Assembly: GCA_030704615.1 (NCBI GenBank)
Contig: CM060731.1
Span: 20,398,001 to 20,462,000 of the forward strand
DNA from: Takakia lepidozioides
Taxonomy: Eukaryota; Plantae; Bryophyta
Reading direction: 5' to 3'
DNA: 64,000 bases
The translations under genes were made by a program, and so were the position numbers. Below the pieces are notes generated by a model that worked only from the letters and a program-made list of their open reading frames with translations, had not been told where the DNA came from and ran no database searches. Below are positions 39,801 through 53,700 of the stretch, piece by piece. Within the stretch, counting starts at the first letter, position 1, and each line of letters starts with the position of its first letter.

Positions 39801-42800
39801 TCTATGTGTACCAAATCTGCTTAGGTGTGTGGGGTCTCTAGTCATCCTATTTGGCTTAGCAGTATGGCAACTGAAGGGGAAATCTAATGTGTTTTAAATA
39901 GAATAAGGGAGTTAATGAGTGCAGTCATTTAGAGCACCCACTTGAGCGTGGACAGCTTGGCTTTGTTGATTACCAAGCAAGTCTGCTGGGAGTGCTCTGC
40001 TCATAGTGCTCGTGCCCAACCTTTATGTTGTGTTTTGGTAATGCTCTTTCAAGGTATATTTGTTTGTTTTTGTGCTGTCTGGTAAAATTAGATACAGAAT
40101 CTTCGTGCTACTAACCTCTATATTGCCTTCTATGATATGTTCCTGATCTTTGAATCAGTGACCTTTCCAATGCAAGGCTGAAGTCCCCTCTTAAATCTGT
40201 GGTGTTGGTTCTGTCTTTATGTTCCTTTCAGTTGTTGCATATCTTCCCGTAGTACAAGCTGCCCTACCTCGGATTCTTAATGCAGCAGCTCCACCTGGAA
40301 GTGTGGCTCGTGAAAATCGGAAGCAGTGTTTGAAGGTTGGTCAAATCTTTTGGACTCAGCCTAGGCTTAAATATTGTATCTTTAGTTGTTGTTCCACATT
40401 GAGGTCACCAGATGTTTAGTTGTGAAATAAGAGTATTAGAGGCAGTTTCTGGGAATGTTGTCCGATGTGTGTTCCTACCACTTGTGATTCTAAAGTTTTT
40501 CTTGATGACTAGCTCTACTGTGAACTTCTACCTCCCTGTGTTTGTCAAAACTCTGACAGACAGGTTTCCGTGGGCAGGAACAGAGCTATGCAAGTGTAAA
40601 TATCAGGCTTGAATAAACTGTAGTGTTTCGATTGTGCAGGTGCTTAATCTATGGCTGGAGCGCAGTATTATGCCAGAGTCAGTTCTACGCCACTTTGTCA
40701 CTGAGATAGAGTCCCATAATGATGACAAGGTGGGGGGAGGCAATGGGGGTCGCCGCCTTTCTCGCTCTGAGCGTGCAGTGGATGATCCTGTTAGGGACAT
40801 GGATGGCATGCTTGTGGATGAATATGGAAGGTAACCTCACATGCTTTTTCATGCTCGAAAGTAAAATGCTTTGGTTTTGTGTTGGGTAATACATTGCTGG
40901 CTCAAGCTGGTTGGGTGTGGTGGGTACATACCAAGACAAAGTGTGAGGTTATGGACTGCTTTTTATTGCCAATCTATGGCACTTCAGGCTGGAGCCAGTA
41001 CTTTAGTGGACTTGCATTACTACAGTGCGTCTAGGTGTCGGGAGATTTTTTTGTATCAGCAGTTTCTCTTAATTGAGAGGAGGGGATGTTTCCTTTCCTG
41101 CTGTCTACTCATTCAGTGGAATCCAAAGAAACTGACGGCAGTTACCCTCTATGGTTTTGGTTTTTGGGAATGGGTTTCATCTAAGGCCCCTAGGTGTCCT
41201 TTGAGGATTCTGTGGGAATAACTTTGTTCTTATGCTCCTTTTGCTACTTCTGCAGCAATGCAACTTTGTCCTTACCTGGCTTCTCTCTCATCCCACAAAT
41301 GTACGAGGAGGAGGAGGAAGGCAATGATTTTGGTGGAAGGAAACTGGAGCCTGAGCCCATGAGTAGCACACTCCCAACCATGGCCAATGAAGGAGAGGAG
41401 GTTGTCGAAAGGCATTGTCATGTGTTGGAAGATGTAGACGGGGAGCTTGAGATGGAGGATGTCTCTCCCACCGGTGAGCTTGAGTCCTTGATCCACAAGG
41501 AGCAGCAGCTTCTGGCTACAAGCTTACCTGTTGTATCTGACAGGTCGGCCAGCCAACCTCCTCTTCCTGTGGGTCCCCCGCCCTCCTTACCATCACCTCC
41601 CCCTCTGCCAGAATCCCCACCTCCATCACCCCCACCTCTACCTCCTCCATCATCACCCCCACCTTCAATGCTTACCTTGCAGCATCTATACATTGCTCCC
41701 TCTCATACTGGCCAACAGTCTACCCATGCTGCTTCTGGAGTGCAGTCCTTACGAGAGGGGAGTTTCTACCAGCCAAATGAACCACCAACATTGGGAACAG
41801 CATATGCAGGGTCCTCTCAGCAAGGTGGTCAAGTGAATAGTGGATTTTGTCAGCAGCCAAGTCAAGCGACCGCCGTATTTTCTCAGCAGTCTGGCCAATC
41901 AAGCACAGGGTTCACACAGCAGCCCAATCAGCCTAATAATGGCTTCCCTCAGCCACCTGTCCCAGTAAAAGCTGGATTCTCTCAGCAGTCTGGTCAAATG
42001 AATGCAGGTTTTCGACAGCAGCAGCCTACTCCATTGAAGAAGCCAATTGCAGGTGCAGACACTGCGTTCGGCTCTCCATCAGGCTATGTTATGTCACAAG
42101 TGGGCCCTCGACCAAACTTGCCTTCCCTTGCGACTACAACCTCCTACGCCTCTGGTCCAAACACTACTCCCCTTGCACCTTCTCCCGGTTTTACCCAGAG
42201 CCCTTATCCCGCAACATTGCATCTTCCGCCCCCACCCCCTTTGCCACCCTCTCTACATCCCCAACGGGCTTGGCCAGAGTCTGTACAATCACCAGCAGGA
42301 GAGGTAGAGCCTAACTCTCCTCACATTTCAAGGACTCGTGAAGAGCAGCAGCTGCGTCAACAACACCATGAGTCTGCTGGTACTGAGAGGGCTGGGGATT
42401 CCCAGAAAAGCCTGTCTGATCTTGGTGGTTCAGTGACTTCTGGCAGTACAACATTTGGACAGCCTGAAGGTTTGTCCCGTTGGCAGTTATCTTTTCCCTT
42501 TCATCCTTTCGAAGTGACGAATTACTCAAATGAGATCACCATTTGTGTAAGAGCAGTTATGCTAGGACGCATCATCACTTGAGATGTGCTTATGTTAGTG
42601 ATCAACTTGTTTTTGCTAGTTTGCACTATTTTTCACATTTCATAGCTCATTTCTTCTCCTATGTGGAGGTGTTTCTTTCCTGTCATTCTGATATTCAGTT
42701 CATCTGAGTTACTGCGACCAGTCATAAGTAGGTTCATTAGGTGTGCCAGAGGTCTTGGCAAAGAAATGGAGCTTGCACTTGCAGAGGTGAGGTAATCAGG

Positions 42801-43929
42801 GCAGTGCCCTCCGTCTGATGGATAATTAATTCTTGTTAGTAGGGTAATTGAGTAATTTCTTGTTTTGATCGCCCTCTATAAACTGATTTAAAGTGGTTTT
42901 GCTTGACAACCAGGTGCATCGTCTGGAGAGCAACCATTGACAGGTGGCATGTCTGTCTCTGTCTATCCGCCTGGAAATGGCATGTATTTACCACCAGATC
43001 ATTTATACAGGCTGAATTCTAGCATACGACTTGGACAAGTTGGGCCATTTCCTGGTGGGGTTCCAGGACTGCAGCCTCTCCTGCATGGTCGACCTGTTGT
43101 TGGAGGGCCATTCGGGCCACAGTTTCAAGGTCGTGCTGGCGGTTTACCTGGAGGCCTTTCTATGAGTGCAGGTAATTCTTTGAAATTGGACTCTTTTTTG
43201 TTGTAGGTTAATTTTTGTCTCACCCATGTATCCAGTGTTAAGAAAATACTGCCCCTGCTTTACTCATGTATCTCTCCGAACATAGGTAGGCAGTGGGCTG
43301 CAGAGACATCTCTAGTAGGATCTGATGGTTAAATGTGCTACTTGAAAAAAAATTGTAGGCTACGTGCTCTACATTCCTCATGCAGTGAGGTCCTCTTGTC
43401 TACATGCAGCTCTTTTGCTTAGGGTTCTTCCCAGATATGGAGGGAGTCTGTTTTAAATTCTCGTGTAATCATACTGCAGATGTACTATATTGCAGTTCAG
43501 GGTCCAACATCAGTCAGTAGGTGCTTTTGCTCTTTATGCACACTCAGAGTAATTGCACTTGGTGATGGGCTGGCTTTAGATTCGTTGTGACAGACTATTT
43601 CAACCCTTCAGGTTCATGTCTATTTTTCTAGCTTCACCTTTGTAATGCTGACGGTGATTCATAAGCATAGTTGTATGATATCCATTTTGGCCAGAAAGCC
43701 GCAGCATTCTTTGCATGCTGTTGTTTTCCTGTCCAATTGTGCTGGCATTTGGCAGGATGCTTGAATGTTACTCATGTGGTGTGTCAGAAACTGTTCATTT
43801 TCAATGCTAAAAGTATTAACTGACAACAATCTATTTATGGATGTGGTACCAGTGGCAGCAACTCAAGCGCAGCTGCAGATGCCGGCCTTCAGACCTGGGG
43901 GCCCTCCAAGTTCTTGGAGACCCAATTGA
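33859..43929 (+). CDS. HUA2: HUA2/HULK-like PWWP + CID (RPR) + Pro-rich protein; exons 33859-34014, 34807-34898, 35070-36342, 36455-37743, 38062-38584, 39022-39130, 40232-40335, 40640-40830, 41256-42469, 42914-43171, 43853-43929
   Basis: PWWP motif WNLGDLVLAKVKGWPPWPAQ; SMKVLIAAAQAK; CID ARDAFVGMLETISRTKDSIGRATRHAMDCAK...RRVDFWFLLDSITQ; RSERAVDDPVRDMDGMLVDEYGSNA; LEDVDGELEMEDVSP; poly-Pro tract; C-terminal WRPN. Confidence 0.93.
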
Positions 43930-46900
43930 TGTCGTGGTGGCAGAGAAGGTAGATTTTGATTATGAAGGGTACATTAGGAGTCAGTGACTTTTTCTGGGTA
44001 CAGAGATTCTTGTAACTCTTAGCTACAGGTTAAGATTCTCTGCCGAATCAGTTGAGGGCCTTCCTATTTAGGGTAAAAATGTTTGGTCCCACAGCCCTCC
44101 TGGGCTGCAGTGGATTCTGTTGATCGCAGGCATTGGCAGGTAACATGTTTGGAGAAATTGTGCACTACTAAATCCCTCACCATTCCTTGAAAAGTTGGAG
44201 ATTAGTGAGCATGTTTTTCTGGTATGCTCAGGTTGCAAGAGCACCAAATTGAAGCTTAAAAGCCCTCCAGCCATGGCTGCTGAGGTGCCCTCTTTGTTTT
44301 GGAGAAACTGAGTGGCTGCAAGTACATTCTCAAGGTACCTGGTAGAGTTCTTGGACAAACGCAATTATTTAGGGATTTGTATATAATCTACTCTTCAAAT
44401 CACTTTTTGCAGATCCATCTACTTTGCACACCTTTAGTATTCTTGCAAGCTACGATGTATTCTTGTTTACCTCAGCTTGTCTGTGGGGTGGTTGTGGGTT
44501 TGCGTGTCTTTGGAGGTAGTCAAGGCTCTCATGTTTTGCAGTGTGTTGAGAAAGGGGATCCCAAGAGATCAGGAGTAGATAGATACAGCACGAGTGACAA
44601 GGCGTCTTGTTTCGTTTCTGCGATGTGGTTTTCAGCACTTCATATGTTCCTGTGGTCAACCCTTGGTTTCAGACTTGGGATATTGTGTGGTTTTTACAAA
44701 GGTATTGAAGGTAGGCTGTGACATAGATTTTTTACTTTAAAAGCTAGCACTTGCTGTTGAGCTCTCTTCCTCTTCACTCGAAGTCTCTGCAGAGTACATC
44801 ACTCCTGGTGAAGGAATACCATGTGTTGCTTGTCATTTTTCGGCAAGCCAATGCTTTCACTAGTGATTGAATAAGCACTAGTTGGACTGCTGGAAAGGTG
44901 TGGATGCAAACATTTCATTCCTCTGTCAAATTCTTCCCAACTCCACTCTTGTGGCCACTTAGAGCCCTTAATGGAGAACCCAAAAGGTTTCTTTGTATTT
45001 CATTCAGAGCTTGCATGAGGTTTGGAGTCCAAGCTGGCTGAAGTCCAAGTGATGACTCAGCAGGAAGGTCCCCAATACTGCTGGGAGTACACATCCAGAA
45101 GGGCAGGGTGCCAGCCAGTATTGTCCCTGGTGCCTGAATTTCATAACGGAACAATCAAATATGTTCCCAATTAGTATGAGCTGGAGACCTGGGTTCTCAT
45201 TTCAGAGTAGTGTACACTGGTGACTGTGTAGTGTAGGTTTGAGAGTATGCAGAACCCAATCTGTGGAAGGCCAACTTGAAGGTAATTGAAGTGGTTCTAG
45301 AGGGAAGTGGCCCATGAGATTACTGAAAGCTGTGGGTTAGTTTTGTTGAAATTGTAAATGGCAATTTTCTGGATTATGAAGCCAAGTGGTTGTCTCATGG
45401 CAACGAGTTACTGGTTCTCAATCAGGAGGTCACATGCCTGCCAGTACCTGCTCCATGAATCTGCCTGAGAGTTCGATGACGCATGCTGTTTCTCTCACAA
45501 GGAAGTGGTAAAATATTGGAGAAGAAGCTCACCATAAGAATCTCTATTGCAGGCAACATGGGCAGCATGGGTACAAGAGTTCATATTAGCATTGTGCTGC
45601 AAAATAAGACGGTTATTTACTCGAGCTTCCTCATCAAGCTGGAAGGGCCGTGGCAGTCCATGTCCCTGGGGTAAAGGTGTGAGGCTTTTAACCTTACCCT
45701 TTACAAGCTACACAGAAAGAGGGTTCACAAAAATCAGCAACTCAGTGCTGAGATACATTTTACCTGGTGCGATAGCCTTCAGTTGCGAGCTAGTTTAGAC
45801 ATTATGCAGCGAGGTAAGCATTGCTGAGGTCTACCTGTCTGGTAAAGAGTGTGTTCGCACCAGACAACCACATGCACCATCCAGTTCTCTGTGCATGTGG
45901 CATTTGGATGGTGTGGTGAGTAGAGTGAAGCTTGTTGCACAAGAGTGGCAGAATTGGCAGCGAGATTAATGTAGTTTAAACTGATGCTTGAATATGCCGA
46001 GATGCATGTAGCAATTGTCAGCATAAAGCTGAGCACTGTCTTGCTCAATTTTGCTTTTCCATCTCAACGCAGTGCATCGTCTGCTGCTGATACCGAATCT
46101 GTGCTTACTCGTGATACTCACACAACTAGTTCCTCAGCATTTTGACAACTACTTGCATTGAATGGACTACAACAATCCTTCATCAGATTCTCCTGTGATC
46201 CTTCCTGAGCCCATCCTACAAGTGGAAAGTAGTCTTGTTTTGAAGTCATTCTACCCCATTCTAGCTTCCGGCATTGTGATCGGTATATGAGGCTTGCCTA
46301 CATCCAAACTCATAATGTTGTATTCCCTTGCAAAGATTGTCAATCCTCTTCTTGGATATTGATCATGACCACTCCTAGAAGTAGGTGGGCTTTGGGAACA
46401 CTTGTTTGGATTGATGAAGTGTCCAACAGCCTCAGTTATTTGACAGAAAGGAGGATTGGGTATGCACTGGACAAGGTTGATGATCTTAGATTTAGGCCAC
46501 TTTTTAGACTTCATTGACGATTCTGAATATTGGAAATACCGATACTATGCTCCAAAATAAAGTTACGGCTGTAAACTTTGTTTTCAATACCTCATTTAAT
46601 ATTCAATGTCACCTCAATGGATGCGTCATTTGGATTTTGGTCATGTCTGTGTTCATGATTTCATTTCAAGTAGTTTAGCACACCTATTCCTTTTCTACTC
46701 CATAAAGCCTTTGACTATATCGCCCTTATTTTTCATCTTGCTTCTTTTCTCTCTGTCCACCATCTTCAGAACATCAACTGGCTAGTCAAGGTTGCTAAAT
46801 GTCATAACATTGATGCTACAGTTTTTCTTTACAAGTTATCTATACATGATGTCCATCCCTGCATTTGTCCTCCTATTGCCGAAACTTGTCCGTCTAAGAT

Positions 46901-47589
46901 AGTCACTTTCACGTCGAGGATACTTCTAGGCAGAACATGTCACTTGGTGGATCGACCAATAACAGGGGTGAACATATGGTGGTGATGATGTGCAAAGAGG
47001 GAAATGATCAAAAAAATGTTGCACATATTTTGGAGCAAACATCTCAAGAGCCGACCTGCTCCCCGGATTCGTTGACTACCCCCTCCAGCATGAAGCCTCT
47101 GGATGTGACATCCACGCAGACAATTTGAAAGGATGACGTGACCACGGAGATAGTTCCTCAACTTGAAGGTCTTCCAATCATCTCGCCGGAACACGATGGT
47201 TGCACGCCCCAGATACATCTAAGTCAAGTGATTGAATTCTATTTGTACCTTATAATATTTGTTTTCATTGTCTCTTTTCCTCCTTTGATTTTCTTTGTTT
47301 AATCTATGTCAGAAAAGTTGCAGTGTATGATCTTATGAAGCGACGTCTTCTTTGGAGTAGTATTCCAATGTAATATTTTTTTCCGTTTGAAGTCAATTCA
47401 GGATGTGGAGAGTTCAAGGCATAAGGTTGGATGTCCACATGCCAAAGTGATTACACTCTTTTTGTTGTATGCCGAGGTGGATACCCCAACAAGAACATTG
47501 AAAATTTCTCGACATGCCGTTCGAGCAAAGTTTTTCGAGACTCGATTGCGCTGCGCTAAAGAAACGTCAGTGATCTGGTAAGTCGCTTA

Positions 47590-49920
47590 CTTCTTTTAAG
47601 TTGATGGTTTCCGAACATGAACCATCGATATGGCCAGCCGGTGCAATTTCTCCTGCTGCATCTCCGGATGCACATGCTTGTCATAGTGTGTTTTGATCTG
47701 CTGAAGGAACTCAGAACCAGGTCCAGGATCTACTATTCTAAGCTGCTTTCCGAAGGCGGATATCAATTTGGTTCTTCGAATTTCAAGCTCCTTCTTTATT
47801 GCAGCTTCCACACCCTTTGATGTCCTTAGTTCCTCTGGTGTAGTGCGGTAATATTCGGATTTTCCCTTCTCAGCTGCCTCTGCCAGTTCTTGCTGCATTG
47901 ATTCAAGTAGTGATTAGCACCGAAGGGACTACAAACATGTATTCGAAAAGTAAACTGAGTACAGACTCGGGCTTACCGCATACATGTACTCCAGAAATGC
48001 CTCTCGTGTCAAAGAATACCAAGTGCCTGCAGCTCTTCCTGTTTCGCACTTCTTGATGATATTGGGTGGGAGTACTGTCCGAAAATCATCCAGCTTCATC
48101 AAACCAATCCTCTGAATTCGGAATAGTGTGTGGACCAAGCTTGTTGTCACATGCGATTTCTCTGTCGATCTGCAAAAACATTGGAAACATTGCATTCCTT
48201 AACACTGTTTTTTCGGGATTAATAAGACACTACAGAGGGAATGAAATCTCCTGGATGACTTACTTGTTCACGTTGTGCATAGCTGTAAGAAGCCTAGCGA
48301 TGTCGTTTCCAGGATCCAAAACCATTGTTTCCACAACAACATGCTTGTCTTTGTCTTTCGCATGGTGTTTCTGAATGTATCCCATTCATGCCAGCAATCG
48401 GTGGTTGCCGTCCCAGACGTAGAACATGTGGTTGCAGAATTGCTGGGTGTTCTTTCCCATCATGAGGCCCAGCTCGAACTCCTCATTGGCATCTTTCCAG
48501 CACTCATCCCAGTTATCACTGATCTCTGGAGACACTAATGTGCTTTTCCCACTTATATCCGTCAGTGATACATAAAAAACTTGTGCACCAAGTCTATATC
48601 CATGCACAAAATCACTCTCCAATTTTGTTATGTCATGGGAAAGAGGTGGACGCACAACAGGCATTGATATCATCCGGCACAGAGGGATGTCCAGACGCCC
48701 TCCAGATACGAGCATGTTATAACCTCCTAAGAGTTTACCTTCTGGAATGACATGAGTTCTTTCACCTTGTCAAGGTAGTGCACTTCAGATTCATCTGCTT
48801 CATCTGTATTCTCTGAGTTTTTTCCGGACTCGTCCCCATCTCCATATCCTTTCTCCTCTGATCATGTAGGCTTCGACCTCACAGTTTTATGCACGATGCC
48901 ATTCAATTCTGACTGAGTAATTTGCAAATAGTGAACGGCGGTAACGACCATCACTCTGTCTCAAAGAAACTCACTATGAATGGTGTGAAACAATTCAGCA
49001 CAATCTACACAAGCAAAGCTGATCCTGCCGTATTCAAAATAAAAGCGAGAGCGATAGCGAACGACATTAACGACAATCACAAAAGATAAGGACCTGCCGG
49101 ATCGGTATTGTGTAATGACATCTATGTGTAAGTGATTGGCGGCAACGACATTCAATATAGTTTAGGGCGGACAGTTAGTGCAGATTATTCAGATTGACTC
49201 CATTGTGATTACCGTCGCCAGCATGGGAAGAGAAAGGACTGCTTGAAAGGCAATCAGACAGACTGTATGATCTGAACAACGATGATTGACGGTATGCCGA
49301 CCCTCACTCTCTCTTCAAACACATAGGTACATAAATCTCATGAGGAGAATCGAATGGCGTTAACGACGCTCGCAATTCAGTAGTTCCTACTAAAGAAGGG
49401 AAGAGGAAAGACTCCTTGAAAGGCAATCAGACAGATTGTATGATCTGAACAACAGTGAATGACGGTACCGATAGTCACTCACTCATTGTGCGGTAAACCC
49501 TTAGCAGAGGAGTAGAAAACAAATCACCGTTGTGATGGTCGGTAGCGACAATCCCTGTCTGGGACATTCCACTCAATCTCTACGCAGATCTTCAACAATG
49601 AAATGTAAGTTAGAGAAAACTTACTGGCGCCTTCTTAGGTTTTGAAATTGGATCCCCTTCTGCAGCTTTCCTCCCTCTCACATCTGCTGGAATTTCTGTC
49701 TACTCTAGGGTTTCAGGACCTTCTCCCGGTTCGGCGTTCTGCGTGCTTCCACCTCCTTCAGTGTCCCTGCGAATCATCTCTGCATCCACAGGCTGGCGCA
49801 CTCTTATCGCTGACTGTGTCACAGCCCCTGCCTCAGTCTCCGTCTGCTCTTGTGAATCAGTCTCCGCGTTCACCTGCTGCCTTGGCCCTGTGTTCTCCAA
49901 CAAACGACGCCTCGTCATTT
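47590..49920 (-). pseudogene. Multi-exon ParB/Srx-like domain gene with premature stops, probably TE cargo
   Basis: VRPPLSHDITKLESDF...FYVWDGNHRLLA motif at ~48715-48390. GT-AG intron 48263-48170, plus further GTAAG donors at 49624, 47976 and 47590. In-frame stops at ~49700 and 48386. Confidence 0.6.
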
Positions 49921-50774
49921 GCTCTCTTGCTCTGCGTCTCTCTCTAAGGGAAGTAAAATAAAGAGACTTTCTTCTCTTTCGTATTGTAGAAGGAACCCTC
50001 TCCAGCTTGACTACCACTCTCTCTCTAAGCGCGAAAAGTAGAAAAACGCAGTGACTCCCGATTTCTTGCGGGATTGCCTGCGTTGTTGCTTGTCTCTAGA
50101 AGCATCGGATTCCCTCTCGCGTGACCGTTACACATAGTCGTTCCCTTATTAGTGCACATGCCAGCAATTGGTGTACAACTGTTCGTATTCAGTTATGGAT
50201 GTCTGACGTGTGTCGCCCAAAATAAACGGCGTGTTCTGTATTAGAACGGTTTCAATATTTAAAAATAACAGCGAATCCCATAAATCTTGGCGCACAGTCT
50301 TACACAAATAAATGTAAATGAACGAGAGTTTGATGACAAATTTTGGAATATCATACACGGTCATCCTTGTTAGCCAAACCCTACATTCATTTCACATTTG
50401 GAACTTTTTAGGTGCGCATGATCATTGGTAGTAGTATAAAGATACATTTACTTAATCTGCAATCTCATCCTCAGATCCTGTGGCATGTTTCCAGGAAGTC
50501 GGCTTTGTTATTGGGTTTATTGATGAGGTTTTGATTAACGGTTTAACAGTTGCCGACACTGCTCCTAGGGATACTCTGACCACTGGGCCCACAAGAAAAG
50601 TAATTAAAATGGACGGCTGCATATCTGGAAAGAATAACATAATATGCACAGTCGTTGTCTGAGCTTCCTCCGCCATATTCTCTGCTCATTCTTCAACTGT
50701 GTTCTGGAGACATTAATAAACCGATTTACACTAGATCTGCGATAGCAAGGTATAAACGTACGCGAGGAAAGAAG

Positions 50775-53700
50775 ATGGCTTCCTCTGAAGCGGAGTTCTT
50801 CTCTGACGACAAACCAGTGCCGTTCTCCCATGAAGTCCTTGACAATGGATTTGCAATTGTTCTGGAACATGTCTTGGCTACCCGTTTTCAGCTGCAGAAT
50901 GGCTCCATCTTTTTGGAGAAAGAGGTGTACGATCTTAAAGGGAAGTTGTTGAAATACTCTTTCCAAAACCGTGATGAGACGGCTCATATCAGCCAGTGGA
51001 GAGTGCGTCCTGGTCGATACAGAGTACTTGGAGAGCCTCGGCAAAAGTCCCTTGGGTCATATGTGACGCCCGGGACTGCTGCTTCAGTCGTTGAAGACAA
51101 GAGGGAGGTGGTGGTGAAAAAAGAACAGACGTCCTCCACTCCAATCGTTGAGCTTTCGGATTCTTCCGATGATGACATAAGTGAAATTCCAAATCCAGTC
51201 CTTCCTACCGTGGTTGGAGAAGCTGATGAAGAAGAGATTTGTAGTGTCATTCCAAAATTGCGGGCGATGGGAGGAATGGTTGGATTCAAAAGTGAGTTGC
51301 GGGGAATTGATTGGGAATCTTTGAAGCAGGTGCCTGTGAAGTTCTTGCCGGAGACTTTTGATGGCGATATCCTATTCGAGCTGCCTCCTCTTCCGCGAGT
51401 TGGAGGTGTAACAATCATGATGCATGGAATGGACAAGAAACACGACGGGCACCCGTGGTGCAGAACAAAAACATCCAATATTCTGAATGATGACAAGCTT
51501 GTTTTCAGGAGGACAGTTTGCAATGGACACCTTAGGTGTGATAATTTGAATTGCAGACACTTTCTTCAGTCTGGGGTTCATAATCAAAGCAAATGGGAGG
51601 GTCTGGCGGAAAATCCATTTCAGCCTGGGACTGCCCCTCCACCGGCAAACACTTTCGTCTGCAAATTCTGCAAACTTGTGCCATCCTGCTTGACGCTCTG
51701 CGGAGCAAGAATGTACTATGTTGTCCACCGTTTGAAAACAATGACAAGAGCTTGTGTGCATTTCGGATTCCATAACCATCCTGTCTCGAAGGGGGATTAC
51801 AGGGAGAGTGTTGAGACAATATCGAGGTTGATTAAACAGGAGTTCGGGAGAAACCCATCCGCAACAACATCTGCAATTGCTCTTGGCGCAATCAAGTCCT
51901 TCTTGGAAAGCCATATTTTGAGTGAAGGGGATTCTGTGGGGACTAAACTTGACGGTGCAGCATTGGACCTGGTCATGGATCATTTCTCCACATTAAGTTC
52001 ACCTAACATTCGGCGTCAGATTAATGCATTGAGAATGGGCTCTGGGATTAGAGGCTACATAGACAACATTTTGGAATTGAAACGAGTGAGCAAGTACGAT
52101 TACATCCAGGACAATGTATTCCCACGTCAAGGTGCCATCAAAGTTTTTCTTTTCAAAATGTCGACTGTTGGGGAGGGCAGTGGGGTTCGCCTCGTGAAGC
52201 GGATGCAGAAGACTGGGGACTTGCAGAATTGTTTTCTTATGTTTGATCATGTGAAACGAGTGAAGGATTGGACGACAATGGCTTGTCATGTCTACGATCC
52301 AGTGTACCAACGAGTTATGACAATTGCAGTTTGTGACATGCAATCCGAGGATACGAAATCCCAGAAGCTCATGTGGAATTCCCTGATACGTGTCATGGGC
52401 TGCCATGGGCTGCCATCTCCAAATTTTGCAGGTTTCATGGCGGATAGTGCTCAAGCAAATTTCAATGTTGTTCGTATTGTCTTCGGATCGGGCGACCCAA
52501 AAGTGTCTATGCCAGGAAGAGAGCGTACATGTCTATTCCATTGGACACAATCTCTGGAAAAACATACAAAGTCGGACATCAAACCAAAGATGCAGACTCA
52601 GCACCGTAAATTGTGCAAAGAGTACAAAGATGCTAGAACAATGAAGGAGGCGGACACTTTGTTTCAGACAATTCGTGCCTGGTGGTTCTCTTCTGGAGCT
52701 GCATCACTTGAGAGTATGAGAGCATTGGAAGATTGGCTGGCGTTTTGGCACTTCCGGTATAGACAGTGGGGAGCAGCCATGCCATTGGTACGAGGCTTAT
52801 ATTTATTGCTTTATTCATACATTTGCTTTCCATTTTATTGTGTCCTCGCTTTCTTTATGTTGTTTTCTGTTCACTGTTTTGAAGTGTGGTTCTGCACTTT
52901 GAAGAACATGTCCATTGAGGAAATGGCGGACATGTCATCTTGCAATTTGGCAGAAACTGTGCACAACGCATGGTTGCAGCAGTCTGGGAAACGAGGTCGG
53001 GATTTGTATGTGGCAACAACAGATGATTTGATACGTGCCTTGCAACAACAAACCCGATACCGTGATTTCTTACGAGGTGGGGTTGGTGGCAAGGGTCCGG
53101 ACAAATGGGAGTTGATGTTGCGTGCTGCAAACAGATCTGGGGATCCAATCAAGATAGCACGGGCGGTGAGCATGTATGCCCAGGGAACGCCACTTGTTTC
53201 TAGAGTTCCACATCTTGAAGGGGAGGAGAGATTCGGCTCCTGTAAGAGGAAATTGAACACTCCACCTGGTTCGGATTCAGATTCCCACAGGGCAGACCGT
53301 GATAACTTCTCGAAGCATCGTGTTCCCCTGCATGACAGCTCCATGTCCGGAACCTCCATTGTAGAGGAACCTCCAACACGACGGCAAGCTCCAGCATCAA
53401 ACAGTGCCACTGAAATGGTGCAGGAGAGAAACAACCCCCTTGATGTGCTTGAATCCGCATGCCCCGACCACGTTTGGCACATAGAACGCACAAGTGTAGG
53501 GTCTCGTGTGAAATGTACAGCGATCAGGGCAACTAATTTCGAGAAGTGCACTTCATCTATATTCAGAGGTGGTGCCCGTACTCCTGCTCCGACTTTCACG
53601 GGCTTGATGTGTCCATACGGTCAACCAGAAGCCAAGAACCACAAGTTCTGGTTCTGCGCAAATGATTGTGCCAGATGTGTGCATGGAATTGTGCGTCCTT

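Noticed and set aside
35107-43206. Separate long ORFs (441, 478, 198 and 462 aa)
   Set aside because: They are exons of the single HUA2-like gene with read-through into introns.
44000-46838. Short ORFs downstream of the HUA2-like gene
   Set aside because: No recognisable domains or consistent exon structure.
47590-49920. Bacterial parAB locus or contamination
   Set aside because: The gene has spliceosomal introns, there is no parA, and it is embedded among plant TEs.
50655-50774. ORF-track start of the 1211-aa ORF
   Set aside because: The start codon is not ATG. The first ATG is at 50775, and the track also reads through an intron.
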